A stretch of DNA of 64,000 bases from Candidatus Marinacidobacterales bacterium (GTDB lineage Bacteria; Acidobacteriota; Vicinamibacteria; Marinacidobacterales; SMYC01): contig CBDCYI010000009.1 of assembly GCA_965224085.1 (NCBI GenBank), forward strand, positions 160,001 to 224,000, read 5' to 3'. Below are positions 47,501 through 57,090 of the stretch, piece after piece. The notes beneath the pieces were generated by a model. That model was given only the letters and a program-made list of their open reading frames with translations. It ran no database searches and had not been told where the DNA came from. The first letter of the stretch is position 1. Every line of letters begins with the position of its first letter. The position numbers were made by a program, and so were the translations under genes.

Positions 47501-47604
47501 TTCAACGCGGATGTGCTGTCATCCGTGTACGCAGTCGCACAGCACTGGCTCAACAGGATCGTGAGCGCGAGCGAGCATCGATTAGTCCCATAGCGCTTAG
47601 TCAT
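44518..47604 (-). CDS. BNR/Asp-box (VPS10/sortilin-like) glycosyl hydrolase-like protein
   Basis: FRSIGPAVMGGRI, many S/T-x-D-G-G-x-S/T-W boxes, HGDHHALWIDP, GTHGRSIY. Confidence 0.92.
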   Translation of the reverse strand: MTKRYGTNRCSLALTILLSQCCATAYTDDSTSALKFRSIGPAVMGGRIDAVAVVEDEPSIIYVGTASGGLWKSTNMGTTWTSLFDGHHTSSIGDVALSHSDPDVVWVGTGEPNNRQSSSFGDGVYRSDDGGESFEHVGLEATEHIGKIALHPSRPDRVYVAAGGALWNSSEERGVFRTVDGGRSWEKVLFIDEDTGVTTLAMDPQNPDVLYAAAYQRRRKPWGFNGGGPGSGLYKTTDGGDHWKRLDDGLPEGDLGRIGVAIYRSDSRILFALIEHATEAGVYRTTNRGERWEKVNELNPRPMYYSKIFIDPTDSDRVYVLGSSFYMSEDGGASFETNRDMTPSYDVGVHGDHHALWIDPKDPKHLVLGGDGGLYLSWDRAVHWLKVNNIPLGQFYGIAVDMDEPYNIYAGAQDTHSWMGPSATRNRIGILNSDWRQTNFGDGMYQQVDPTDSSIVYTESQGGNIVRLDRRSGDRKTIKPYPEQAGSRYRFHWTSPILISPHDAKTIYLGGNRLFISNDRGESWRATEDLTRNEDRGELAIMGVLPDEGMLSRHDGVGAWGTITTVSESTAAPGTLYVGTDDGRIQLTRDGGENWESLEGNFGSFDPMRAKVSRVQASASSASRAYVSFDRHHLGDFEPHIFVTDDFGRGWRRLDTAFPQKAGWVNVVIEHPRNSDLLFAGTETGLFVTMDGGASWTRMEGGFPTVPVDDLVIHPRDNDLVVGTHGRSIYLLDDLTPLEQHDVQTTSPEMFEPRDATIFLPWKHESYGAQAQFIGHNPEFGALLSYYLPNAVDGPVEITVEDANGVTMRVLEGGGGEGFHRVAWDLRTRAPKDVPRGQGALVPTGRYVAELGTATGPRRASFTVGLDPRFDGDDDFYDGELDERFQFQKEGNALRERLGGEVARAQKLSDTIAKLKGLFEEPEDAALREALERFAIELAEARKPIGGGRPSFRNPNLLARTSRLFGELSGDAVRQGTLHAPTSTQRNRLAELMTEADKAIAALNAIVDEALPSLNEQLETRGPLRLEK

Positions 47605-47899
47605 GACCGGCCGTCCCTTCACCAAGGGGTGAGATGTTCCCTTTGTGACGAGACGAAGTCAAGGTGATTCCACGACCGATCGGGCCCAATAGAGTCTGTC
47701 AAAAAGACGCTTGACCTCGATAAGGTTTTGACGTATTTTCCTACAGCAGCCAACAGGCGATTGCGTTTGGCCACGGCTGGTTTTGAGGTGCCGTCTTTGA
47801 GCGGCGGGGGCGGCGAATGGGGGGAGCCCGTGCGCCAGGGTCCTTCTTTGTGTTGGGAATCGCTGTCCCCGCTGCTCCAATCGCTTCAGGCTTCAAAGC

Positions 47900-48832
47900 T
47901 CAGGCTTCGCTCGAAACACCCAAGCGCTTGAGTTTTCGGTAGAGTCCCTGGCGCGACAGCCCTAGCGCCCGCGCGGTCCGGGTGCGATTGCCCCCATGCG
48001 CGGCCAACGATTCCGCTAGAAATCGCTTCTCGAACGCCAGAGATGCCGCTCCGAAAGCACGGCCACCGCTCGACTCAGCGTTCAGAAACGACAAGTGCTC
48101 CACGCCGATTGCGTCCGCCTCTTGAGCCCGCACGAGCGCCTGCACGACCTCGTTCTGGAGCTCGCGTACGTTGCCTGGCCAGCCATATTGTCCGAGGCGT
48201 CGCTCCGCATCTCGAGTAAACGGGCGTGGCGCGAGACCGAGCATGCGGCTTTGAGTCCGAAGGCAAAGCCCCGCGAGTGGAAGAATGTCCGCGGGGCGAT
48301 CGCGGAGCGCGGGAAGCTCGACATGAACGACTTTCAAACGAAATAAGAGGTCCTGTCGAAACCGCCCCGCATCCACCTCTCCGGAGAGATTCTTGTGGCT
48401 CGCCGAGATCAAGCGAAAATCCGAGCGACGCAGCCCGACCTCGCCCAGCCGCCGATATTCTTTTTCCTGAAGCGCGCGCAAGAGCGCGGTCTGCGCTCGT
48501 GTCGGAAGGTCCGCCACTTCGTCGAGAAAGAGCGTTCCACCATCCGCATGTGCGACGAGGCCCTCCCTGGCCTGAGCCGCGCCCGTGAACGCGCCGCGGG
48601 TGTGTCCAAAGAGCTCCGCCTCGACGAGTCCATCTGGAAGGGATGCGCAATTGACCGCGACGAAATTCCGGTTCGCCCGGGAGCTCTTCTCGTGCACCCA
48701 ACGCGCAACGAGCTCTTTGCCTGTTCCACTCTCTCCCCCAATATGTATCGGCAACGCGTCGAAAGCCGCAAACGATTCGAGCTTGCGCAGCACGGCGCGC
48801 ATGAGTCCACTCTCCACGATCAACTTCGTCAT
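47900..48832 (-). CDS. Sigma-54 activator (AAA+ and Fis-type HTH), no N-terminal sensory domain
   Basis: GESGTGKE, ELFGHTRGAFTGA, FLDEV, WPGNVREL, NRTRTARALGLSRQGLYRKL. Confidence 0.92.
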   Translation of the reverse strand: MTKLIVESGLMRAVLRKLESFAAFDALPIHIGGESGTGKELVARWVHEKSSRANRNFVAVNCASLPDGLVEAELFGHTRGAFTGAAQAREGLVAHADGGTLFLDEVADLPTRAQTALLRALQEKEYRRLGEVGLRRSDFRLISASHKNLSGEVDAGRFRQDLLFRLKVVHVELPALRDRPADILPLAGLCLRTQSRMLGLAPRPFTRDAERRLGQYGWPGNVRELQNEVVQALVRAQEADAIGVEHLSFLNAESSGGRAFGAASLAFEKRFLAESLAAHGGNRTRTARALGLSRQGLYRKLKRLGVSSEA

Positions 48833-48905
48833 CTGGAACGCTCCCCCTTTCGAGCTTCGACCCCATACCCATTCTTAAAGGACGATATCGGAGGGAAGAA
48901 CCTCC

Positions 48906-49580
48906 CTAGAGGTCGAGGATTTTCTTCGGCGCGTCCAAAAGGAAGTCGGGGGACGCTTTTGCGAGCTCATCGCGCTTAAAGGGACCCCACAAAACACCGG
49001 CCGTCTTGACCCCGGCTCCGCGCCCCGACGCGACGTCGTGCGGCGAATCACCGATGAAGATCGACCTCGACGGACTCGCTCCGAGACGCTCGAGGGCCGT
49101 TTCGACGGGCTCCGGGTGCGGTTTCGGGCGATCGACCTCATCGGCCGTCACGACAACGTCGAATAAATCGATGAGCCCCAGAAGTTTCAACCCACGCTCC
49201 GCTCCGGCGCGGAGCTTACTGGTGACAACCCCGAGCTGCGCCCGGCTACGAAGACCGTGCAAGACTTCCTCGACATCCGGGTAGACACTAACGCTCGAGT
49301 CGTGATGTTCGTGATGAAATTCCCGGTAAGTCACGACCATTGTTTCGATGAGATCTACATCCGACGTCACCGCGCGAAACTGCGCCCTGAGCGGCGTGCC
49401 GAGCCCGTCCCGCCACACGGAGTCCGGAGGTTGCTCGGCAAGGTGGGTCGCGGCCGAATGCCGATAGCAGCGAAAGATCAGATCGATGGAATCGATGAGC
49501 GTCCCGTCGAGATCGAAGAGGAACGTATCGAGGCACTCCGGCTCGAGGTCGCCGCTCAAGAGCGGAGCTCCGCCGCACAA
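48906..49580 (-). CDS. HAD-IA family phosphatase (PpaX-like)
   Basis: FDLDGTLIDS, VVTSK, KPHPEP, IGDSPHD. Start uncertain. Confidence 0.92.
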   Translation of the reverse strand: MCGGAPLLSGDLEPECLDTFLFDLDGTLIDSIDLIFRCYRHSAATHLAEQPPDSVWRDGLGTPLRAQFRAVTSDVDLIETMVVTYREFHHEHHDSSVSVYPDVEEVLHGLRSRAQLGVVTSKLRAGAERGLKLLGLIDLFDVVVTADEVDRPKPHPEPVETALERLGASPSRSIFIGDSPHDVASGRGAGVKTAGVLWGPFKRDELAKASPDFLLDAPKKILDL

Positions 49581-51961
49581 TGGGCGCGCAGGCGTGCCAC
49601 GATCTTGTCGCGGGCTTTCGCTACGTCTCTGTCCGTCAGCGTTCGATCGAAAGCTTGATAGGATATGGAGATCGCGAGCGATTTCCGCCCTTCGGGAACT
49701 TGCGAGCCGACATATTCGTCGAAGACGTGCGCGCTTGCGACGAGCGGATGACCTTCGATTTCCGTGAGAACCGAGGCGGCCGGCTCGTTGCGGTCGACGA
49801 CCACCGCGAGGTCTTCCACTACCGCCGGATATCTCGACAACGCCTGCATCGTAGTGACTGGCGGAACATGGTCGAGGAGGTCGGCGAACCGAACCTCGAA
49901 GAGATAGACGTTTTTTTCGAGGCCGAACTCCTTTGCCGTCCGCGGATGTACCTGACCGACTACGCCAACCTCTTTGCCGGATACTTCAATCCGGGCGGTG
50001 CGCCCGGACAGAAGACCGTAATCCTCGTAGGCGGAAAAGCTCGCCGCGACACTCAGCCGCTCGAAGAGACGAGCAGCATAGGCTTTCGCGTCGTAGAAGT
50101 CGAGCTCCTCTTCCGTTTTACTACCGAATCGGTCGAGCCGACTCCCGGTCACGACGCCGACAATCTGCTCCTCCTCGTTGGGGAGAGCGTCCGAGCTCGG
50201 CGTGTAGACGCGGGCCGCCTCGAAGAGTGCTACGCGCTGATTCGTCACGCGCAAATTGCGGGCGAGCGTCTCGAGCAGTGACGCGCGTAGCGACGTACGC
50301 ATCCGTTCCTGACCGACGTTCAGAGGGTTGATGACCGCGAGAGGTGGCGATTTTTCGAGCGCTTTCGCCTCGACGACGCGCCCGAGAACCGCGAGACTCG
50401 TGAGCGGATAGGTGATGACTTCCTGCATCCCGGCACCCACTAGAATGTCGCGTGCGCGCTCGCGGAGCTCGCGTGTCGGTTGCGGGATTCCGGGAGGGAC
50501 CCGGCCCGCGAGCGGGGCCGCCGGGATCATCTCGTATCCGACCATGCGAGCGACTTCCTCGACAACGTCGTCCGGCCCCAGGACGTCCCGCCGCCAATAG
50601 GGCACGCCGATTTCGAACCGCTCTGTTTTGCATTCCACGGAAAAGCCGAGCGCCTCGAGCGCGCTGACGATCTCCCCTTCCGAAGGGTCGATGCCGAGTA
50701 CCTGAGGTATGCGCTTGCGCGCGAGCGAGACATGCGCCGGCGCGGAGATAACGGGATAGGCGTCTACGAGACCTTCGCCTGCCTTGCCGCTCGCCAGCTC
50801 GACGAGAAACTTCGTCACCCGCCGCGACGCCATGGGCGCGAGCTCCGGCGCGATGCCCCACGCAAAGCGACGTGAGGCTTCACTCGGAAGCTTCAACGCC
50901 ATCGCCGTGCGCCGAATGTTCACGGGGTTGAAGTTCGCCACCTCGAGAAGGATCGTTTTGGTCTTGTCGGTGACTTCGGTAGCGAGGCCGCCCATGACGC
51001 CCGCTACGGCGATAGCGCCGGTCGGATCTGTGATCAGGAGCTGCTCGGAGGTGAACACACGCTCCTTACCGTCGAGCGTCGTTAGCTTCTCGCCATCTTT
51101 CGCCCGGCGCACGATGATGTGATGCTCGGCGACCGTGTCGTAGTCGAAAGCGTGAATGGGCTGGCCGAGCTCGAGCATCACGTAGTTTGTAATGTCGACC
51201 ACGTTATTGATGGGACGCATCCCGGCACCGAGAAGCGTCTCCTGCATCCACGCCGGTGACGGTCCAATTTTGACGTCTTCGATGATCGCCAGCGTGAAGC
51301 GACCGCACAAATCGGGGTCGTGAATGTCGACGCGTGCGCGCCCCACGACCGGCTCCCCCGACGCCTCGAACTCGAAATCCGGCTCGCGCAGGGTTTCTCC
51401 GGTAAGCGCGGCCACGTCCCGCGCCACGCCCACGACCGAGAGCCCGTCGGCACGGTTCGGCTTCATGTCGATATCGAGCACGGTGTCACCGAGCACTTCC
51501 GCGAGGGGTTTACCGCGCTCGGCAATCGCGCTGGTGACGACAAGGATGCCTTCATGCTCATCGGAAAGGCCGAGCTCGCGTTCCGAGCAGACCATCCCCC
51601 GCGACACGACGCCTCGAATCTTGGCTTTCTTGAGCTTTTTCTTCTCGCCGGTACGGGCGTCGATGAGCCGGGCGCCGAGCTTCGCATAAGCGATGTACTG
51701 CCCTTTCGCGATGTTGGGCGCGCCGCACACGACTTCGAAGGTGTCGTCGCCCCCGATATCCACCGTCACGAGGGTTAAACGGTCGGCGTCGGGGTGCTTC
51801 TGGACGTCGACAACGTGCCCGATGACCACATCTTCCCAATCGCTGCCGGTACGCTCGATGCCCGTCACTTCGAGACCCGCCATCGTCAGACGTTGAGCCA
51901 CTTCTTTCACGGGAAGCGTCACCGTGACGTATGAACGCAACCATTTGATGGGTACGCGCAT
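49556..51961 (-). CDS. pheT: Phenylalanine-tRNA ligase beta subunit
   Basis: HPDADRL, VCGAPN, PNRADGLS, VVDITNYVMLELGQP, DVVEEVAR, RTLTD. Confidence 0.98.
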   Translation of the reverse strand: MRVPIKWLRSYVTVTLPVKEVAQRLTMAGLEVTGIERTGSDWEDVVIGHVVDVQKHPDADRLTLVTVDIGGDDTFEVVCGAPNIAKGQYIAYAKLGARLIDARTGEKKKLKKAKIRGVVSRGMVCSERELGLSDEHEGILVVTSAIAERGKPLAEVLGDTVLDIDMKPNRADGLSVVGVARDVAALTGETLREPDFEFEASGEPVVGRARVDIHDPDLCGRFTLAIIEDVKIGPSPAWMQETLLGAGMRPINNVVDITNYVMLELGQPIHAFDYDTVAEHHIIVRRAKDGEKLTTLDGKERVFTSEQLLITDPTGAIAVAGVMGGLATEVTDKTKTILLEVANFNPVNIRRTAMALKLPSEASRRFAWGIAPELAPMASRRVTKFLVELASGKAGEGLVDAYPVISAPAHVSLARKRIPQVLGIDPSEGEIVSALEALGFSVECKTERFEIGVPYWRRDVLGPDDVVEEVARMVGYEMIPAAPLAGRVPPGIPQPTRELRERARDILVGAGMQEVITYPLTSLAVLGRVVEAKALEKSPPLAVINPLNVGQERMRTSLRASLLETLARNLRVTNQRVALFEAARVYTPSSDALPNEEEQIVGVVTGSRLDRFGSKTEEELDFYDAKAYAARLFERLSVAASFSAYEDYGLLSGRTARIEVSGKEVGVVGQVHPRTAKEFGLEKNVYLFEVRFADLLDHVPPVTTMQALSRYPAVVEDLAVVVDRNEPAASVLTEIEGHPLVASAHVFDEYVGSQVPEGRKSLAISISYQAFDRTLTDRDVAKARDKIVARLRAHCAAELRS

Positions 51962-51965
51962 GAGC

Positions 51966-53009
51966 TCAGAATTGCCTCAGAAAACGAAGGTCGTTCTCGT
52001 AGAAGTGGCGAATATCGTCGACACCGTAGCGCAGCATGGCGATGCGCTCGACGCCTAGCCCCGCTGCAAAACCGGTATAGATGTCGGGGTCGTAGCCCAT
52101 GTTCGCGAGAATCTCTGGGTGAACCATGCCCGCGCCGAGAATCTCGACCCAACCTTCTTTCTTGCACGTGCGGCAACCTTGGCCGCCGCAAAGAAAGCAG
52201 TCGATCGCCATGTCTACGCCCGGCTCGACGAAGCGAAAGAAGTCGCAGCGGAAACGGACTTTTCGATCGCGACCGAAGAGGCGCTTGGCGAGCTCGTAGA
52301 GCGTGCCTTTGAGATGCGCGAGCGTCAGGCCCTCGTCCACCGCAAGCACTTCGGTTTGAGTAATCATCCACTCGTGGCTTGGGTCCGTCGCTTCGTTCCG
52401 ATAGGTTCGCCCCGGACAAATTATCCGGATCGGCGGGTCGTTGTTCTCCATGAAGCGGATCTGGTTCGGCGAGGTGTGCGTGCGCAGAAGAAGCTTCGAA
52501 TCCGCGTCATCGCTCCGATCGATGTAGAACGTGTCCATGAGTTCTCGTGCCGGATGATCCTCCGGGATGCGGAGAGCTTCGAAGTTGTAGTAGTCGAGCT
52601 CGACTTCGGGCCCTTCGATGACCGAAAAGCCTTGACCGACGAAAGCGTCCACGATGTCGCGCTGGGTCTGCGTAACGGGATGGAGCCGCCCTTCGGGAAG
52701 CGGCCGGGAGGGAAGCGTCACGTCGATGCGGCCCACGGTCTCAGTCTCCTCTATGCGCGCGCGCCCGAGCACCTCCCGCTTCTCCTCGAGCGCTTGTTCG
52801 AGCTCCGTCTTCAGCAAGTTGGCCGCACCCCCGGCTTCTTTTCGCTCTTCCTGGCCAATCTTCCCGAGCGAGCGCAGCACCGACATCAGCGGGCTCTTTC
52901 TTCCCATGACGGCGACGCGCCACGTCTCGAGCTCGGCTTCGTTGTGCACCTCGACGAGGCCGTCAAGAGCCCGGGCTCGGATCTCTTCAATCGTTGTCAA
53001 AAGGCTCAT
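51966..53009 (-). CDS. pheS: Phenylalanine-tRNA ligase alpha subunit
   Basis: HPARELMDTFY, LRTHTSPNQIR, EILGAGMVHP, GVERIAML. Confidence 0.98.
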   Translation of the reverse strand: MSLLTTIEEIRARALDGLVEVHNEAELETWRVAVMGRKSPLMSVLRSLGKIGQEERKEAGGAANLLKTELEQALEEKREVLGRARIEETETVGRIDVTLPSRPLPEGRLHPVTQTQRDIVDAFVGQGFSVIEGPEVELDYYNFEALRIPEDHPARELMDTFYIDRSDDADSKLLLRTHTSPNQIRFMENNDPPIRIICPGRTYRNEATDPSHEWMITQTEVLAVDEGLTLAHLKGTLYELAKRLFGRDRKVRFRCDFFRFVEPGVDMAIDCFLCGGQGCRTCKKEGWVEILGAGMVHPEILANMGYDPDIYTGFAAGLGVERIAMLRYGVDDIRHFYENDLRFLRQF

Positions 53010-53119
53010 CGTCTCCTGTTCCTGACGCAGCAAACCTGTTAGTCTATCGCGAATTTCCGCCCTCTCGCACCTACGGACTTCAATCGCGTACGAGCTCGGC
53101 CGGAGAACGAGGAATCAGA

Positions 53120-54013
53120 ATGAAAAAGGCGCTGACGGGTATCCATATCCTGGTCTTGCTGGCTTCCACGAACGCAACCTGGGCGCAAAGCAAGGTCTAC
53201 ATCTCCGCTGATATGGAAGGGGTGACCGGCGCCGTCACCGGTGAGCAGCTCGGCCCTTCGGGCTTCGAGTATCAGAGGTTTCGAGAGTTCATGACCCAAG
53301 AAGTGCTCGCGGCGATCCGAGGTGCTCGCGCCGCGGGCGCCACCGAGTTTCTCGTGAGCGACTCGCACGGAAACGGTCAGAACTTGCTCATCGACCGGTT
53401 TCCGAAGGACGTGCAGCTCGTGAGGTCCTGGCCGCGTCCCCTCGGCATGATGGGAGGCCTGGACGAGAGCTTCGATGCCGCGATCTTCATCGGCTATCAC
53501 ACTTCGACGGCCAACTCGAGAGGCGTACGCGCCCATACGTTCTCGAGCGCGACGTTGACCGACGTCCGGCTGAACGGAACATCCGTCTCGGAAGCGGGCT
53601 TCAACGCTGCGATCGCGGGTCATTTCGGCGTTCCGATCGCGATGGTCTCGGGCGACGACGCCATCGTCGAAGAGACCCGTGCTTATGTCGGCGATGTCGA
53701 AGGTGCCATCGTCAAGTGGGCGAAGAGCTTTCACTCGGCCCGCACCCTCACGCCGGAGGCGGGCTACGAGGTCATCGAGGCGGCCGCACGCCGGGCGATC
53801 GAGCGCGTCGGCGAGCTCGAGCCCTTTCGCCTGGCCGGCGACATCGAGCTCGAGATCAGCTTCAAGAACTATCGGCAGGCCGAGATTCTTTCCTATCTGT
53901 CATCTGTAGAACGTATCGATTCTCACAGCATCCGCTACGTCGCCAAGGATATGGTCGAGGCTTCCATGTTCGCTCAGTTTCTCAACAACTATCGGCCCGG
54001 GCTCTCGCCGTAG
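53120..54013 (+). CDS. M55 family D-aminopeptidase (DppA-like), secreted
   Basis: YISADMEG, SDSHG, IGYH, SGDD, signal peptide. Confidence 0.93.
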   Translation: MKKALTGIHILVLLASTNATWAQSKVYISADMEGVTGAVTGEQLGPSGFEYQRFREFMTQEVLAAIRGARAAGATEFLVSDSHGNGQNLLIDRFPKDVQLVRSWPRPLGMMGGLDESFDAAIFIGYHTSTANSRGVRAHTFSSATLTDVRLNGTSVSEAGFNAAIAGHFGVPIAMVSGDDAIVEETRAYVGDVEGAIVKWAKSFHSARTLTPEAGYEVIEAAARRAIERVGELEPFRLAGDIELEISFKNYRQAEILSYLSSVERIDSHSIRYVAKDMVEASMFAQFLNNYRPGLSP

Positions 54014-54038
54014 GGATGATCGCAGGCTCGCCGTAGCG

Positions 54039-54467
54039 ATGGTTGCAGGCTATTCGGGGACACCCCTTCCGAAAAAGCTCGGAATCCGGGAAAACACGCG
54101 CGTCGGCTGCCGCGGGGCACCGAAAGGTTTCGCTGCGACCCTCGGGCCGCTCCCGCCCGGAGCAAGGCTTGCTCCATCGAGAGCCGGCGCAGGCGACAAC
54201 ATCCTGCTACTATTTGCGCCGGATCAGCGAAGTCTCGACGAAGCTCTGCCTGATATGCTTTCCTGGATGGCGCCCGAAACAGCTTTATGGATTTGTTGGC
54301 CGAAGAAGACCTCGCCCCTCGCGTCCGATATCACAGGGGACAGCGTTCGCAATGCGGGTCTCGCGGCAGGCGTCGTGGACATCAAAGTCTGCGCCGTCGA
54401 CGAGAATTGGTCCGGGCTCAAATTCGTCGTGCGCCTTGAAGACCGGCCGTCGGCCCGAAAAAAGTGA
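54039..54467 (+). CDS. DUF3052 family protein
   Basis: AGYSGTPLPKKLGI, WICWPKK, VDIKVCAVDENWSGLKF. Confidence 0.85.
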   Translation: MVAGYSGTPLPKKLGIRENTRVGCRGAPKGFAATLGPLPPGARLAPSRAGAGDNILLLFAPDQRSLDEALPDMLSWMAPETALWICWPKKTSPLASDITGDSVRNAGLAAGVVDIKVCAVDENWSGLKFVVRLEDRPSARKK

Positions 54468-54516
54468 CCTCTTTGGGTAAGAAGCGCGCATAAAGGCAAG
54501 GTAGGCTTTCGACAAC

Positions 54517-55758
54517 ATGGCACGTAAATCCCTCTTCTTCACGTTCTGCCTCTTGGCAAGCACGGTGAGCGCGCAATACCGAACGCGAACGGAAGCGATC
54601 GAAGCGCAGCGCCGCGACCATCAAGCGCGGCTTTGGCCCGAGCGCGAGTCCCCCCTCGTCGAAGCCGTCAACGATCTCGTCGAGCGCGGACTCTATGACG
54701 GCGCCCGCTCCGGTAAGGGTGCCAACGGACCCCAGTTCGTTCTCGGCGGTATGCGTTCCGGGCAAGGCTTTAGTTTCGGCGTCGGTTACCGACGCACGGA
54801 CTTTTGGCAAGAACGCCTGGGAATACGCGGCACGGCGCGCATCACCCCGCAGTTGGCCTACATGTTCGACGCCGAAGTCGACTTTCAAAGCCTCGAGACC
54901 GAGCGTCTGTTCGTCGATTTTTATACCAAGTACGAATACTCTCCCCAGATGGACTTCTATGGCCAAGGGGGCGACTCAAGCCTCGAGAATCTTTCTAGCT
55001 ATCTGTACGAGGATCTCGCCGCCGATTTTCGAGTCGGATACAACATCAGCGATTGGCTCAGCGTCGGCGGAACGATTGGAGTCCTGGACGTCCATACGGG
55101 ATCGGGCAAACGGAGCGGCGTTCCGTCTCTCGAGGAAATATTCACACCGGACGATGCGCCGGGCTTCGGCATGGACACTTGGTACTCGCGCTGGGGCGGC
55201 TTCATCGAAGTCGACTACCGCGACCTCCCGGGGGGGCCGCGCTCCGGCGGATTCTACTCGACGACGCTTCGCCAATACGAGGACGTAGGTCTCGACACTT
55301 TCAACTTCACGCAGATGGTGTTCGAGATCCAGCAATACATTCCTTACTTCAACAAGAATCGCGTTATTGCGTTCCGGGTCCGCGCCGAGATCACTTCCGA
55401 GGACGAAGGTAGCCAAGTCATCCCCTTCTACTTGCAGCCGAAGCTCGGCGGCAACGATAACCTCCGAGGCTTTCAGCGCTATCGCTTTTACGACAACCAG
55501 ACGATCATCGCGTCGGTCGAGCATCGCTGGTATGCATCTTCGGTGCTCGACATGGCCATCTTCGCGGACGTTGGAAAAGTAGCCCCTCTTTTGAGGGACG
55601 TGGATTTCAGCGAGCTCGAATGGAGCGCCGGCATCGGTTTTCGCTTCAAAGTGCAGGACGCCTACGTTATGCGCATCGACTTCGCCGCCGGCCGCGAAGG
55701 CTTCCGCTGGATGTGGACGTTCAGCGACATTTTCAAGACCAGATGGGGAATCTATTGA
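54517..55758 (+). CDS. Omp85/BamA-TamA-like outer membrane beta-barrel without POTRA domains
   Basis: Signal peptide, amphipathic strands, LGGNDNLRGF..RFYD loop-6 motif, FADVGKV, GIGFRF. Confidence 0.82.
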   Translation: MARKSLFFTFCLLASTVSAQYRTRTEAIEAQRRDHQARLWPERESPLVEAVNDLVERGLYDGARSGKGANGPQFVLGGMRSGQGFSFGVGYRRTDFWQERLGIRGTARITPQLAYMFDAEVDFQSLETERLFVDFYTKYEYSPQMDFYGQGGDSSLENLSSYLYEDLAADFRVGYNISDWLSVGGTIGVLDVHTGSGKRSGVPSLEEIFTPDDAPGFGMDTWYSRWGGFIEVDYRDLPGGPRSGGFYSTTLRQYEDVGLDTFNFTQMVFEIQQYIPYFNKNRVIAFRVRAEITSEDEGSQVIPFYLQPKLGGNDNLRGFQRYRFYDNQTIIASVEHRWYASSVLDMAIFADVGKVAPLLRDVDFSELEWSAGIGFRFKVQDAYVMRIDFAAGREGFRWMWTFSDIFKTRWGIY

Positions 55759-57090
55759 TGCTGTCGCCGTTGAAGCTCGGGTGCGTGCTCGTCGCGCTCG
55801 CCGTTTTCGCCGGGCCGGCCGATGCCCAAAAGTTCTACCCGGATGACCCGCTCGAGAAAGAACCGCCGCTCTGGCCAACAATCGATCCCCAAACACGCGC
55901 GCTCAGCGACATCCTCGAGCTGTTCAACCACACTTTCGGAGAGCCGGGCGAGCGCCATCCTGAAGGAGGGGTCATCCCCGCAGGCGGCGTCAACACCTTG
56001 GGTGAAGTCATGGACGGCGCATGGTTCGAGAACCGCCATGCGCGCAACCGCTTCAGCGTCGATGGTCTAAAACGTGGCCCGGGCGACGACCGCCCACCCA
56101 CGACAGACGCTAGATGGCGTGTCCTCACGCTCAAGAAATTCGGTTTCCGGCCGGGCATCCTCATCGCCGACTCGACGAATCAGCTCTACCTTCTTCGATT
56201 CGACCCCGAAGGTTGGCTCGAGATGGCTACGGGCGCCGACGTCGTCTCGTCCAAGATCCTCTACGCGCTCGGCTATTTTGTCCCAGAGAACTACATCGTA
56301 TATCTCGAACGGGAACAGCTCGCGCTCGCGGATGGTGCCGAGAGCATCACGAGCAGCGGCGGCACCCGGGACATCATCGAGCAGGACATCGACAACTTTC
56401 TTCTCGACGTGGCGCGGGACCCGGAACGCGGCTACCGTGCCGTGGCCACCCGGATCCCCGGCTCGTGGGAAGGCCTCCTCGGACCCTATCAAGTTTTCGG
56501 AACGAGGAGCGACGATCCGAACGACATCGTGCCTCACGAGCACCGTCGTGATTTACGAGGCCTCTTCGTCTTCTCGTCGTGGATCCAACACCACCGCATG
56601 GGCGCGGTCTACACGCTCGACGCTCTCGTTATGCAAGAGGACATCCGCGCTCTCGTGAGCACAGGCCAATACAGCGACCCCGCGGCGCAAGCTTGGATCG
56701 TCAAAAGCCTCATCGAGAGGCGCAACCGGATTGGCGCTACATACTTCGCTAAAGTGCTCCCTCTCGACCAGTTCGAGATTGAAAACGGCGAGCTTCATTT
56801 CGAGGATTTGGCCGTCAAATATGGATTCAGTGGCCCTCGCCCATACAAGTTTCAGTGGAGCCGTTTCGACAATCAAGCCGAGACCCATCGGCTCGTGGGC
56901 GTCCCCGGTACCGATGCCCAGATCCCGCCCCTATCGAGCGCCGCCGAAGACGGACCGTATCTCTCGGTTCAAATCACTGCCGGCGAACAGGATAAGTCTG
57001 TCCGCGTTTACTTCCGCAAAGAGAGCGACAGCCTGACGATCGTCGGCGTCGATCGCGACTGGCCCGGAAAGGTTCTGGCGGATGCGCATT
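55758..57090 (+). pseudogene. Secreted uncharacterised protein (possible kinase-like fold), apparent internal deletion and 3' truncation
   Basis: FYPDDPL..NTLGEV..RFDP..EMATGA..LGYFVPENY..PHEHRRDLRG. After ~57090 the frame reads antisense through another gene remnant to 57515. Confidence 0.6.

Noticed and set aside
47625-47900. Sigma-54 promoter next to the activator gene
   Set aside because: No convincing TGGCAC-N5-TTGC (GG-N10-GC) match found on either strand.
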